Shown: positions 52,695 to 62,696, counted from the first letter of the stretch. The stretch: DNA of 64,000 nt from Oscillospiraceae bacterium (GCA_017519975.1 JAFWRM010000053.1:27176-91175), one strand, 5' to 3'. The notes: a model not told the origin generated them from the letters alone. Numbers and translations are program-made.

Positions 52695-55502
52695 ATGGCC
52701 AAGGACTATAACGCAACGCTGAATCTGCCGAAAACGGACTTCCCCATGCGGGCCGGTCTTCCCAAGCGGGAGCCGGACATGCTGCAGAGCTGGTACGACA
52801 TGGATCTGTACCATGAGATCCTGAAGAAAAACGAGGGGCGGCCGTCCTTCATCCTGCACGACGGCCCTCCCTTCTCCAACGGTTACATCCACATGGGCAC
52901 CGCTCTGAACAAATGCCTGAAGGATTTCATCGTCCGCTATAAGAACATGAGCGGTTTCTGCGCACCCTACACGCCCGGCTGGGACAACCACGGGATGCCC
53001 ATCGAGAGCGCCATCATCAAGCAGCACAAGCTGGACCGTCACAAGATGACCGTTTCCGAATTCAGAAACGACTGCCAGGCCTTCGCTCAGGATTTCGTGG
53101 AAAAGCAGATGGCGCAGTTCAAGCGCATCGGCGTTCTCGGCGACTGGGACGCCCCCTATCTCACCATGGACCCTGCTCTGGAAGCGGAAGAGGTCCGCGT
53201 ATTCGGAAAGATGTATGAAAAGGGGTACATCTACAAGGGAATGAAGCCCGTCTACTGGTGTCCCTCCGACGAGACGGCCCTGGCGGAGGCGGAGATCGAG
53301 TACTCCGACGACCCCTGCACCACGGTTTACGTCAAATTTGCCGTAGCCGACGACAAAGGCCGTCTGGCTCCCATTACGGATCTGTCCCGGACCTATTTCG
53401 TCATCTGGACAACCACCACCTGGACGCTGCCCGGCAATCTGGCCATCTGCCTGAACCCGCGGCTGGAGTATGCGCTGATGAAGGTGCCTTCCGGCGAAAC
53501 GTATATCGTCGCGAAGGAACTGGCGGACAAGGTGGCCGAAGCCGCCGGCATCCCCTCCTATGAGATCCTTGCCGTCATGCCCGGCAGCGAATTTGAGATG
53601 ATGACGGCCCGTCACCCCTTCCTGGACAGGGAATCGGTCATCCTCAATGGCGAGCACGTCACTCTGGACGCCGGCACGGGCTGCGTACACACGGCCCCCG
53701 GCTTCGGCGCCGACGACTACGCCGTCTGTCAGAAATACGACCGGGAACGCGGCACCTCCATCGGCATCGTCGTTCCTGTGGACGACCGCGGCATCATGAC
53801 CGACGAGGTCTTCAGCGGGACCCACATCAGCAAGGCCAACGACGTGATGCTTCCGGCCCTGGAGGCCAGCGGCGCACTGCTGGCCCGGTCCGAGATCACC
53901 CATTCCTACCCTCACTGCTGGCGCTGCAAGAAGCCCATCATCTTCCGCGCCACGGAGCAGTGGTTCTGTTCCGTGGACGCCTTCAAGGAAGAGGCGGTCC
54001 GTGCCTGCGGCGATGTGACGTGGATCCCGTCCTGGGGCCACGACCGCATGGTGTCCATGATCCGGGAGCGCGCCGACTGGTGCATCTCCCGTCAGCGTCA
54101 CTGGGGGCTCCCGATCCCGGTCTTCTACTGTCCGGACTGCGGAAAACCGCTGTGCACGCCGGAGACCATCGAACAGGTGGCGCAGATCTTCGCCCGGGAG
54201 GGTTCCAACGCCTGGTTCGACCGGGACGCCGCGGAACTTCTTCCCGAGGGCTTCGTCTGCCCGCACTGCGGATGCAGCCATGGCTTCACCAAGGAGACGG
54301 ACACGCTGGACGGCTGGTTCGATTCCGGCTCCACCCACATCTCCTCCATGGAGCGCAACGCGCCCGGCTGCTGGCCCGCCGATCTTTACCTGGAAGGCGG
54401 CGACCAGTACCGCGGCTGGTTCCAGTCCAGTCTGCTCACGGCCGTTGCCATCCGCGGCAGCGCCCCTTACCGCGCCGTACTCACCCACGGCTGGACGGTG
54501 GACGGCGAAGGAAAGGCCATGCACAAGTCGCTGGGCAACAGCGTGGCTCCCGATGAGCTGATCCCCAAATACGGCGCCGATCTGCTCCGTCTGTGGGCGG
54601 CCTCCGCCGATTATCATCTGGACATGCGCTGCTCGGACGCCATTTTCAAGCAGCTGAGCGACAAGTATCTGAAAATCCGCAACACCGCCCGCTACATTCT
54701 GGGCAACCTGGCCGGATTCGATCCCGACCAGGCGGTTCCGTTCTCCGATATGGATCCGCTGGACCGGTGGGCGCTCACCCGTCTGAACGCTCTGACGGAA
54801 AAGTGCCTGGCCTCCTACGATTCCTACGAATTCTTTGCCGTGACCTATGCCATCCACAACTTCTGCGTTGTTGAGATGAGCAACCTGTACCTGGATATCA
54901 TCAAGGATCGGCTGTACTGTGAAAAGGCGGACAGTCTGAAACGGCGCAGCGCGCAGACGGCCATCTGGCACATCCTCGACACCATGGTGCGTCTTCTGGC
55001 CCCGATCCTGGCCTTTACCTCCAACGAGATCTGGCTGGCCATGCCTCACGCCGCGGGGGACGATCCGCGCCATGTGATGCTCAACGATATCCGCCGCCCC
55101 GACGGGCAGTGGACGCTGGACGCGGCGACTCTGGACGCCTTTGACCGCATGTTCCGCGTGCGCGCGGACGTCAATAAGGCGCTGGAACTGGCCCGGGCGG
55201 AAAAGCTGGTCGGCAAGCCGCTGGACGCTGAGATCACGCTTTTCGGCGGACCGGACGTCTGTGAAGATCTTGAACGGATGACGCCGGAAAAACTGGCGGA
55301 GTACTGCATCGTTTCGAAGGTGATCATCAAACCGGGCGACGGAGCCGGATACGCCGGCACGGAGTATCCGGGAGTCACCGTGAGCGTCGTTCCCAGCGAA
55401 GCTCCCAAATGCGTGCGCTGCTGGTGCCACGATGAACACGTTGGAGAAAATGCCGCCCATCCGGAGCTCTGCCCCCGCTGCGCGGCCGCCGTCACCGAAT
55501 AA
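52695..55502 (+). CDS. ileS: Isoleucine--tRNA ligase
   Basis: 935 aa with class-I HIGH-type motif (PPFSNGYIHMGT) and KMSKS-type motif (KAMHKSLGN). The C-terminal zinc-finger is CVRCW...CPRC. Confidence 0.95.
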   Translation: MAKDYNATLNLPKTDFPMRAGLPKREPDMLQSWYDMDLYHEILKKNEGRPSFILHDGPPFSNGYIHMGTALNKCLKDFIVRYKNMSGFCAPYTPGWDNHGMPIESAIIKQHKLDRHKMTVSEFRNDCQAFAQDFVEKQMAQFKRIGVLGDWDAPYLTMDPALEAEEVRVFGKMYEKGYIYKGMKPVYWCPSDETALAEAEIEYSDDPCTTVYVKFAVADDKGRLAPITDLSRTYFVIWTTTTWTLPGNLAICLNPRLEYALMKVPSGETYIVAKELADKVAEAAGIPSYEILAVMPGSEFEMMTARHPFLDRESVILNGEHVTLDAGTGCVHTAPGFGADDYAVCQKYDRERGTSIGIVVPVDDRGIMTDEVFSGTHISKANDVMLPALEASGALLARSEITHSYPHCWRCKKPIIFRATEQWFCSVDAFKEEAVRACGDVTWIPSWGHDRMVSMIRERADWCISRQRHWGLPIPVFYCPDCGKPLCTPETIEQVAQIFAREGSNAWFDRDAAELLPEGFVCPHCGCSHGFTKETDTLDGWFDSGSTHISSMERNAPGCWPADLYLEGGDQYRGWFQSSLLTAVAIRGSAPYRAVLTHGWTVDGEGKAMHKSLGNSVAPDELIPKYGADLLRLWAASADYHLDMRCSDAIFKQLSDKYLKIRNTARYILGNLAGFDPDQAVPFSDMDPLDRWALTRLNALTEKCLASYDSYEFFAVTYAIHNFCVVEMSNLYLDIIKDRLYCEKADSLKRRSAQTAIWHILDTMVRLLAPILAFTSNEIWLAMPHAAGDDPRHVMLNDIRRPDGQWTLDAATLDAFDRMFRVRADVNKALELARAEKLVGKPLDAEITLFGGPDVCEDLERMTPEKLAEYCIVSKVIIKPGDGAGYAGTEYPGVTVSVVPSEAPKCVRCWCHDEHVGENAAHPELCPRCAAAVTE

Positions 55503-55515
55503 GGAGGTTTCCGCT

Positions 55516-56247
55516 ATGATCTATTTCATCATCGCCTTTCTGATCATCCTGCTCGACCAGGGCGCCAAGTACTTCGTCACGCTGAAATACGGCATGGGCG
55601 GCAGCCTGGATCTGATCCCGGGCATCCTGCGCATCACCTATCACACGAATTCCGGCGGCGCGTTTTCCATGCTGGATAACTACACGCTGATCCTGACCAT
55701 CGTTTCCGCCGTCGTGGTCGTCGGAATCATCGTGCTGCTCATCGTCTCGAAATGGTCCGGATTCGGAAAGCTCAGCCTGGCTTTCATTCTGGGCGGCGCC
55801 GTAGGCAATCTGATCGACCGCGTGATCCTCAAATACGTTGTCGACATGTTCTATCCCCTGTTCGTTAATTTTGCCATTTTCAACGTGGCGGACATCTTCA
55901 TTACGATCGGAGCGGTCCTGTTCATTCTGTTCATTCTGTTCGGCAACAAGCACGCGGGGGAACAGAAGCTCACTCCGAAAGAGCGCAAGAAGGAACGGCT
56001 GAACAGGAAGTACGGCCCCGATGTGGATGAAAGCACCATCTCCATTCCCGCGGACGAGATCAAGGCCGCCGAGCAGCAGCTCCGGGAGACCGCGGACGAG
56101 ATCGAACCCGAAGGCGACGACGTCACCGTCGTCTACCGGAATCCCATGGTCACCGAAGCGGACATTGCAGCGGCTCAGAAGGATGCGGAAGAGAAAAAAG
56201 AATACTCTCTGGAAGACATCATGAGGGAATATGGACACGATTTTTGA
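55516..56247 (+). CDS. lspA: Lipoprotein signal peptidase II with charged C-terminal extension
   Basis: AAGGAGG RBS. The LDQGAKY, NSGGAFS, GGAVGNLIDR and FNVADIFI motifs lie in the first ~150 aa. These are followed by a K/E/D-rich tail of about 85 aa. Confidence 0.85.
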   Translation: MIYFIIAFLIILLDQGAKYFVTLKYGMGGSLDLIPGILRITYHTNSGGAFSMLDNYTLILTIVSAVVVVGIIVLLIVSKWSGFGKLSLAFILGGAVGNLIDRVILKYVVDMFYPLFVNFAIFNVADIFITIGAVLFILFILFGNKHAGEQKLTPKERKKERLNRKYGPDVDESTISIPADEIKAAEQQLRETADEIEPEGDDVTVVYRNPMVTEADIAAAQKDAEEKKEYSLEDIMREYGHDF

Positions 56248-57148
56248 GGTCCCCGCCGGCTTTGACGGCGAGCGCCTGGATCTTGTCCTCGGGCAGCAGA
56301 TGCCGGGGCTTTCCCGCAGTGCCGCCCAGAAACTGATGGAAAACGGCCTTGTCACCTGCGGTGGCAGGGCCGTTAAGAAAAATACACGGGTCATCGCGGG
56401 CGACGTCATCGCCGTCACCCTTCCCGAGCCGGAGCCTTCCGAGGCCCGGCCGGAGAACATCCCCTTGGACATCGTCTGGGAGGACGGCGACATCATCGTC
56501 GTCAACAAGCCGCGGGGCATGGTGGTTCATCCCGCCCCCGGTCACGCCGACGGGACTCTGGTCAACGCGCTGCTGTACCACTGCGGCTCCGACCTGTCCG
56601 GCATCGGCGGCGTGATCCGCCCCGGCATCGTGCACCGGATCGACAAGGACACCTCCGGTCTCCTGGTCGCCGCAAAGAATGACGCCGCCCATGCCTCTCT
56701 GTCGGCTCAGCTGGCGGACCGCAGTCTTTCCCGTATCTATCAGGCGGTCGTCTGCGGCCGTCTGCGGGACGACGAGGGCACCATCGACGCTCCCATCGGC
56801 CGCCACCCCACGGACCGCAAGCGCATGGCCGTTACCGACAGGAACAGCCGGCCGGCCGTCACCCATTACCGCGTTCTGACAAGATACAGCGGGTACACCT
56901 TTGTGGAGTGCCGGCTGGAGACCGGCCGCACCCATCAGATACGGGTACACATGGCTCACGTCGGTCATCCGCTGCTGGGAGACATGGTCTACGGGCATAA
57001 AAAACCGGAAAAGGGCCTGTCCGGGCAATGCCTGCACGCCTTTTTTCTCAAGCTGATCCACCCTTCCACGGGCAAGCCCATGTCGTTCACCGCCCCTCTC
57101 CCGGATTGGTTCACCGACGTTCTGGCACGCCTCGGTCCGGAAGAATAA
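56231..57148 (+). CDS. rluD: RluA-family 23S rRNA pseudouridine synthase (RluD-like)
   Basis: S4-like N-domain with catalytic HRIDKDTSGLLV and TGRTHQIRVH motifs. It overlaps the lspA end, as in the usual lspA-rluD pair. Confidence 0.85.
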   Translation: MDTIFEVPAGFDGERLDLVLGQQMPGLSRSAAQKLMENGLVTCGGRAVKKNTRVIAGDVIAVTLPEPEPSEARPENIPLDIVWEDGDIIVVNKPRGMVVHPAPGHADGTLVNALLYHCGSDLSGIGGVIRPGIVHRIDKDTSGLLVAAKNDAAHASLSAQLADRSLSRIYQAVVCGRLRDDEGTIDAPIGRHPTDRKRMAVTDRNSRPAVTHYRVLTRYSGYTFVECRLETGRTHQIRVHMAHVGHPLLGDMVYGHKKPEKGLSGQCLHAFFLKLIHPSTGKPMSFTAPLPDWFTDVLARLGPEE

Positions 57149-57176
57149 TGCTCTTGTTAAGGAGGCCCCACGCCCC

Positions 57177-57962
57177 ATGAAACCTCTTGCACGTGCTGCG
57201 ACAGCTCTGCTGGTGATGCTGACTCTGCTTGTCGCTCTGACCGTGCCGGCATTCGCCGCCGGTCTCCTCCCCGATCATCCTCCGATCTTCACCGTGCTGA
57301 CGTCCGACGCGCCCCGGGACATGGACGTTACCATTGAACTGCAGAAGAACGGCGAGATCATTCCCATAAAGCTGGAGCGCAACCGCCGTTTTTGGGAAAC
57401 TCATTATTTCCTGCGCCGGGAGGCAACCATCCGGATCACCGCCTGGTACGGAAATCCCTACGATCTGAAGGACGCTGTTCTGGTGTTCGAAGCCGGGGAC
57501 GAGATCAGACGTCTTCCCGTCACGGACGACATGCTCAGCAGCACCGGCCAGCAATCCGAAGACTACGTTTTTTACCGTTGGAAAAACAACTCGCTGACCG
57601 CCGGGCTTCCCCCTCTGCGTGCCCCTCTGCTGTTTCTTCTGTGGATCGCTGTCGCCCTCGCCGTCGAAAGCGTGGTGTTCCGTCTGTATGGTTACCGACG
57701 GGCCCGGAGCTGGCTGGCTTTCCTCATCCTCAATCTCATAACCCAGTCCATTCATCATATGATCATCGCCGGTCTGTTTCTGCGCGTAGAGCGGCTCCGT
57801 TTGTACATCATGTCCGCTCCTCTGGTATTCCTGATCGAGCTGCCTGCGTGCATCGCCCTTTTGAATGAACAGAAGCGGGAAAAAGCCATTTCCTTCGCTC
57901 TTACGGCAAACCTGGCAAGCCAGATCGTTCTGGCGCTGCTGATCGGCCACATGCCCGCCTGA
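57177..57962 (+). CDS. Hypothetical membrane protein (signal peptide + beta-rich ectodomain + 4 TM helices)
   Basis: Signal-like N-terminus ...VPAFAAG and a hydrophobic C-terminal half. No motif recognised. Confidence 0.5.
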   Translation: MKPLARAATALLVMLTLLVALTVPAFAAGLLPDHPPIFTVLTSDAPRDMDVTIELQKNGEIIPIKLERNRRFWETHYFLRREATIRITAWYGNPYDLKDAVLVFEAGDEIRRLPVTDDMLSSTGQQSEDYVFYRWKNNSLTAGLPPLRAPLLFLLWIAVALAVESVVFRLYGYRRARSWLAFLILNLITQSIHHMIIAGLFLRVERLRLYIMSAPLVFLIELPACIALLNEQKREKAISFALTANLASQIVLALLIGHMPA

Positions 57963-58095
57963 CGGGACGCCCGCGGGCTTGCGGCGGCGATGCATTGAAA
58001 TTGCCATTTCCTGCGCATGGTGTTATGATGGGCAGGAACGGTCCCCCGCTGCGTGATCGGCGGTACGGATCGGACCCCATTCAGGAGGTACTCTT

Positions 58096-58878
58096 ATGGT
58101 TTTTTGCGTGAACTGCGGCAGAGCCCTTGACGACGGAATGCGATTCTGCCCCCTCTGCGGGACAGCCGTTTCCTCCGCGGATCCGTCTGCGGAAACGCCG
58201 GCTCCCATCAGCGGAACAACGCCGTCTTATGATCCGGCCTCAGCTTCCGATTACCGCGTGATCCTGTTCAGCCGGGGCTCCTGCAGCGCCGCCAATGCCC
58301 GCGCGCTGCTGCGGGACATTCTGGGGTATACTGCCTCGGAAGCCCGGAACATTCTGGCCATGGTCCCCATGGAGATCGCCTGCAGCATGACCATGGCCCA
58401 GGCCATGTATCTGGCGCAGGCGCTGACCGAGTACGGCATGTCCGTCTCCGTATGCAACTCTCAGGGATACGTAAACGCACCGCAGCCGGCGGTCGCCTCC
58501 GTGTATGACCGGACAGGAAGCTTTCTGCCCGCCGCCGCCAGCGCGCTGGCCATGCTTTCCGCCGCGAACCGCGTGAGAGAATTCCGACGCTGGACGTCCG
58601 GTCTTCGTCCCAGCCTGTTCCGCCTTGCCTTCCGACCGGCTCCGCCTCCGAGAAGCGCCCGCCGCTACAGCAGCTTCGGCATCTTCCACCCGGCGCCCCG
58701 GCCGACGCCGAGACCCGTTTCGCCCCGGCCAGCCCCGCCCGCGCCGCGCGGAAACCCGCCGAGGCCCTCCGGTGCGCCTTTTGGCAGCGCGCCGCGCCGG
58801 CCCTCTCCGAACGGCATGAACGGACACAGGGGCGGAGGCCCCGGAAGGCCTGGCGGCCGCGGCAATCACCGTTTCTGA
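58096..58878 (+). CDS. Zinc-ribbon protein with L7/L12-C-like middle domain and Pro/Arg-rich tail
   Basis: N-terminal CVNCGRAL...CPLCGT. A middle domain (ASEARNILAMVPMEIACSMTMAQAMYLAQALTEYG). The C-terminal ~90 aa are P/R/A/G-rich. Confidence 0.5.
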   Translation: MVFCVNCGRALDDGMRFCPLCGTAVSSADPSAETPAPISGTTPSYDPASASDYRVILFSRGSCSAANARALLRDILGYTASEARNILAMVPMEIACSMTMAQAMYLAQALTEYGMSVSVCNSQGYVNAPQPAVASVYDRTGSFLPAAASALAMLSAANRVREFRRWTSGLRPSLFRLAFRPAPPPRSARRYSSFGIFHPAPRPTPRPVSPRPAPPAPRGNPPRPSGAPFGSAPRRPSPNGMNGHRGGGPGRPGGRGNHRF

Positions 58879-58906
58879 AAACCGAGAATCAACAATCTGA
58901 CAGGAA

Positions 58907-59794
58907 GTGATCATCACGAAAACAGGCAAACGAAGAATGGGTGACCGGAAGGACGGGCAGCTGATCCGTGAGCTGGATCCCATGCATTTTATTACGCCTC
59001 TTCTTTACCCCAACCGCTGCGATAACGAGGCCTACATCTCCCTGAAGGTGGATCTGGAGGCGATCAACGGCTACGTAGACCGCCTGAATGCGTCCGATCC
59101 CGATTTCCGGTACACGATGTTCCACATCATCGTGGCCGCCATCATCAAGGTCATCACTCTGCGTCCGAAGATGAACCGCTTCATCGCCAACAAGAATTTC
59201 TATCAACGCAACGAGGTGTCCGCCTCCTTCGTGGTCAAGAAGCAGTTCAACGATCAGGCCGAGGAAGGTCTGGCGTTCATCCACGGCAGGCCGGACAGCA
59301 CTCTTTTCACCATCCGGGATGATCTGAAAAAGCAGATCACCACGGTGAAGAAGGAGGGGGCCGTCGACGCGTCGTCCGACGCCATGGACATGTTCAACAA
59401 GATGCCGCGCTTCCTGTCCAAATTCATCGTGTGGGTCATCACTCGCCTGGACCGGCACGGCTGGGTCCCCCAGTCCCTCATTGACACGGATCCCTATTAC
59501 AGCTCCGTGGTCCTGTCGAATCTCGGCTCCATCAAACTGAAAAGCGGCTACCATCACCTGACGAACTGGGGCACCTGCTCCCTGTTCTGCATCGTCGGCG
59601 AAAAGAAGATCGCCCCCGTATTCTCTCCCGACGGCTCCTGCGTCATGAGAGAATCCCTGGATCTCGGTCTGACCGTCGACGAACGTCTGGCCGACGGATA
59701 TTACTATGCAAAATCCATCCGACTGCTCAGCTATCTTCTGCAGCATCCGGAGGAATTGGAAAAACCCATGAGTGAGGAAGTAGATTATGAGTGA
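58907..59794 (+). CDS. 2-oxoacid-dehydrogenase-E2-like acyltransferase catalytic domain protein (stand-alone)
   Basis: C-terminal LTVDERLADGYYY corresponds to the DHRxxDG active-site motif of E2/CAT-fold acyltransferases. GTG start (the ATG at 58937 is an alternative). Confidence 0.6.
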   Translation: MIITKTGKRRMGDRKDGQLIRELDPMHFITPLLYPNRCDNEAYISLKVDLEAINGYVDRLNASDPDFRYTMFHIIVAAIIKVITLRPKMNRFIANKNFYQRNEVSASFVVKKQFNDQAEEGLAFIHGRPDSTLFTIRDDLKKQITTVKKEGAVDASSDAMDMFNKMPRFLSKFIVWVITRLDRHGWVPQSLIDTDPYYSSVVLSNLGSIKLKSGYHHLTNWGTCSLFCIVGEKKIAPVFSPDGSCVMRESLDLGLTVDERLADGYYYAKSIRLLSYLLQHPEELEKPMSEEVDYE

Positions 59795-61538
59795 AACGAC
59801 CCCTGTAAAAGCCCCCTGGCTCGCGTTCCGAGGCGAGGTCCCCGCAACGCTGGAGTATCCCGACTGCAGCATGGCCCAGGCCGTGGAGCAGGCGGCTGAA
59901 CTGTATCCGGACAAAACGGCGTATGTGTTCATGGGAAAGAAGACCTCCTACCGTGCCATGGTGGAAGCCATCCACACCTGCGCCAGGGCGCTGAAGGCCA
60001 TAGGTGTGAGGTCCGGAGACCGCATCACCATCGCCATGCCCAACTGCCCCCAGGCTGTGAGCCTGTTTTACGCCACCAATCTGGTAGGCGCGGTGGCCAA
60101 TATGATCCATCCCCTGTCCAGTGAGAAGGAGATCGAGTTTTTCATTAAGGAGTCCGGTTCTCTGTACGCCGTGACGCTGGATCAGTTCTACGGAAAATTC
60201 GAGGCCATCCGTAAGAACGTGAATCTGGAAAACATCATCATCGCCTCCATCAAGGACGCGCTGTCCCGCCCCGTCAAGGCGGGCTACATGCTGACGGAGG
60301 GCCGGAAGCAGGAGAAGATCCCCAAGGACGCCCCTGTGATCCGCTGGCATGAGTTCATCCACCGCGGGATCAGCAACTACTGGAAATACAGAGACGATAA
60401 AAGAGGGGACGACGTTGCCGTCATCCTGTATTCCGGCGGCACGACGGGGACCACCAAGGGCATCCTGCTCACCAACCGCAATTTCAACGCTCTGGCAAAG
60501 CAGATCATCGCGACCAACCCCATGTTCCGGCCGGGAGACAAGATGCTGGCCGTCATGCCCATGTTCCACGGGTTCGGTCTCGGCGTCACCATCCATTCCA
60601 TGCTGGCCAGCGGCGGCTGCTGCATTCTCGTGCCGCGCTTTACACCGGCCAGCTACGCCAAGATGCTCGTCAAATACCGCTGCAATCTGATTGCCGGCGT
60701 ACCCACGCTGTATGAGGCTCTGCTGCGGCTGCCGAAGATGGAGAACGCCGACCTGAGCTGTCTCAAGGGCGTGTACTCCGGCGGTGACAGTCTTTCCGTC
60801 GAACTGAAAAAGCGGTTCGATCAGTTCCTGTTCGATCACCACGCCAGCATACAGGTTCGGGAAGGCTACGGTCTGACCGAATGCGTCACCGCCTCCTGCC
60901 TCACTCCGTATCATCAGTCCCGTGAGGGCAGCATCGGCATTCCCTTCCCGGATACGTACTATAAAATCGTGAAGCCCGGCACGCAGGAAGAGGTCCCGTA
61001 CGGAGAGGAAGGCGAGATCTGCCTGTCCGGCCCCACCGTGATGAAGGGTTATCTGGACCGTCCGCAGGAGACGGCGGACACCCTTCAGACTCACGCCGAC
61101 GGACTGACCTGGGTCCATACCGGCGATCTGGGCATCATGGACAGCGACGGATTCGTCTATTTCCGCCAGCGGATCAAGCGCATGATCATCACCAGCGGGT
61201 ACAACGTGTACCCCGGTCAGCTGGAGAACATCTTTGACGCCCATGAACTTGTGCAGATGAGCTGTGTGATCGGTGTGCCCGATCCGCTGAAGATGCAGAA
61301 AGTCAAGGCCTTCATCATGCTGAAGCCCGGCGTACCGGCAGACCAGAAGACGAAGGATACTCTTATGGCGTATGCCCGCAAGCACATCGCCCGCTACGCC
61401 ATGCCCTACGACATCGAGTTCCGTGAGGAACTGCCCAAGACGCTGGTCGGCAAGGTCGCTTATCGGATCCTGGAAGAGGAAGAGCTGGCAAAAACGGCCC
61501 CGGCGTCGGAAGAAGTTCCTGCGGAGCCGGCTGAGTAA
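59787..61538 (+). CDS. AMP-binding acyl-CoA ligase (long-chain fatty-acid-CoA-ligase-like)
   Basis: AMP motif ILYSGGTTGTTKGILL, plus the YGLTE and TGDLG motifs. It overlaps the upstream gene by 8 nt. Confidence 0.85.
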   Translation: MSETTPVKAPWLAFRGEVPATLEYPDCSMAQAVEQAAELYPDKTAYVFMGKKTSYRAMVEAIHTCARALKAIGVRSGDRITIAMPNCPQAVSLFYATNLVGAVANMIHPLSSEKEIEFFIKESGSLYAVTLDQFYGKFEAIRKNVNLENIIIASIKDALSRPVKAGYMLTEGRKQEKIPKDAPVIRWHEFIHRGISNYWKYRDDKRGDDVAVILYSGGTTGTTKGILLTNRNFNALAKQIIATNPMFRPGDKMLAVMPMFHGFGLGVTIHSMLASGGCCILVPRFTPASYAKMLVKYRCNLIAGVPTLYEALLRLPKMENADLSCLKGVYSGGDSLSVELKKRFDQFLFDHHASIQVREGYGLTECVTASCLTPYHQSREGSIGIPFPDTYYKIVKPGTQEEVPYGEEGEICLSGPTVMKGYLDRPQETADTLQTHADGLTWVHTGDLGIMDSDGFVYFRQRIKRMIITSGYNVYPGQLENIFDAHELVQMSCVIGVPDPLKMQKVKAFIMLKPGVPADQKTKDTLMAYARKHIARYAMPYDIEFREELPKTLVGKVAYRILEEEELAKTAPASEEVPAEPAE

Positions 61539-61549
61539 AATACAGCACA

Positions 61550-61581
61550 GGAGAGAGGCCCCGCGGAGCCTCTCTCCTTTT
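61550..61581 (+). terminator. Rho-independent terminator
   Basis: GGAGAGAGGC, 8-nt loop, GCCTCTCTCC, TTTT. Confidence 0.75.
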
Positions 61582-61653
61582 GCCGCCGGCGTCCCCCGAC
61601 CGCCGCATTTTGATCCCGTACGTCATTTTCAGAACAGAAAGGATGGTTTTCCC

Positions 61654-62685
61654 ATGGCCAAAGAGAAGCCCGATCTTTTTTCCTTTGTACAGTCAGCCGG
61701 TAAAGCCGCCTCAGACCTTTTCGACCGCACGAAGGAAGCCGCCCGGACGTTCGCTGAGGAGCATGATCTGAAGGAGATCGACGCTGAGGACGTCGCCGAG
61801 GCGGCGGACAAGGCCTGGAAAAAGGCAGGCAGAACGGTCTCATCCGTTTATGAGGGAGTAAAGACCGGCAGCGCTCAGATCAGCGAAAAAGTCGCTCAGG
61901 TACGATGGGAAGCGGACATGAAAAACCTGCGTCCCATTTTTGCGGAGGACATAGGCACTCCGGACTTTACCATGTCCAAACTGATCCGGCTGACTCAGAT
62001 GGATCGCAGGAGGGCCGCCAGTGAAGCCTGTCAGGGCTCCATCGGTTATGATTCCTCTCCGAAAGACGTCCGGGTAGTGAATCTGTATACGGACCATCTG
62101 GCGGAATCCGGTCTCTCCTTCTATCCCGACACAAACAGTGAGATCTACTACGTAGACCCTGCGGACCGTACCAACTACATCGCTCTGGATGAGTATTTCC
62201 CTTACATGAAAACTGCAAGGATCACGGAACTGCAGAAGCTGGCGCAGGCCCTCGGGGCAAAACACTTCCGCGTCACATATAAGGAGGAGAAGCGGACGCT
62301 GACCAGGCAGGGTGGTTCCGGCCGGCTGTCCATAACGGGACGGGGTTCCGCCTCCGCAGATCACGCGCGTCTGGACAGCGCCGCCGTGATCTCCGAGATC
62401 GCGGCGGAAATGACGCTTCCTGGCCACGAGCCTGTCCATCCCACCCTTGTCTACCTGAGAAAGGATCCGGCGATCCGCTCCCTGATCGAGCTCCGGCTGT
62501 CTCCGAACCCGATCACTCATCAGAAGCTGATCGTCCGCCTCAGCAGTTCCTCCGGAATTAAGGAGAGCGAAGCCGCGAAGATCGACGCTGCGCTCGGCGC
62601 CATGAAGTGCGCCGGAAACGCTTCCGTCGTGAGCGAGGCACAGAGTGAGTCCCGGCGTTATCTGGAATACGAGATCGATTTCTGA
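61654..62685 (+). CDS. Hypothetical protein (343 aa), no recognised domain
   Basis: ATG at 61654. The upstream part of the track ORF overlaps the ligase gene and its terminator, so it was rejected. Helical N-terminus and beta-rich C-terminus. Confidence 0.5.
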   Translation: MAKEKPDLFSFVQSAGKAASDLFDRTKEAARTFAEEHDLKEIDAEDVAEAADKAWKKAGRTVSSVYEGVKTGSAQISEKVAQVRWEADMKNLRPIFAEDIGTPDFTMSKLIRLTQMDRRRAASEACQGSIGYDSSPKDVRVVNLYTDHLAESGLSFYPDTNSEIYYVDPADRTNYIALDEYFPYMKTARITELQKLAQALGAKHFRVTYKEEKRTLTRQGGSGRLSITGRGSASADHARLDSAAVISEIAAEMTLPGHEPVHPTLVYLRKDPAIRSLIELRLSPNPITHQKLIVRLSSSSGIKESEAAKIDAALGAMKCAGNASVVSEAQSESRRYLEYEIDF

Positions 62686-62696
62686 CCGGCGCCATG

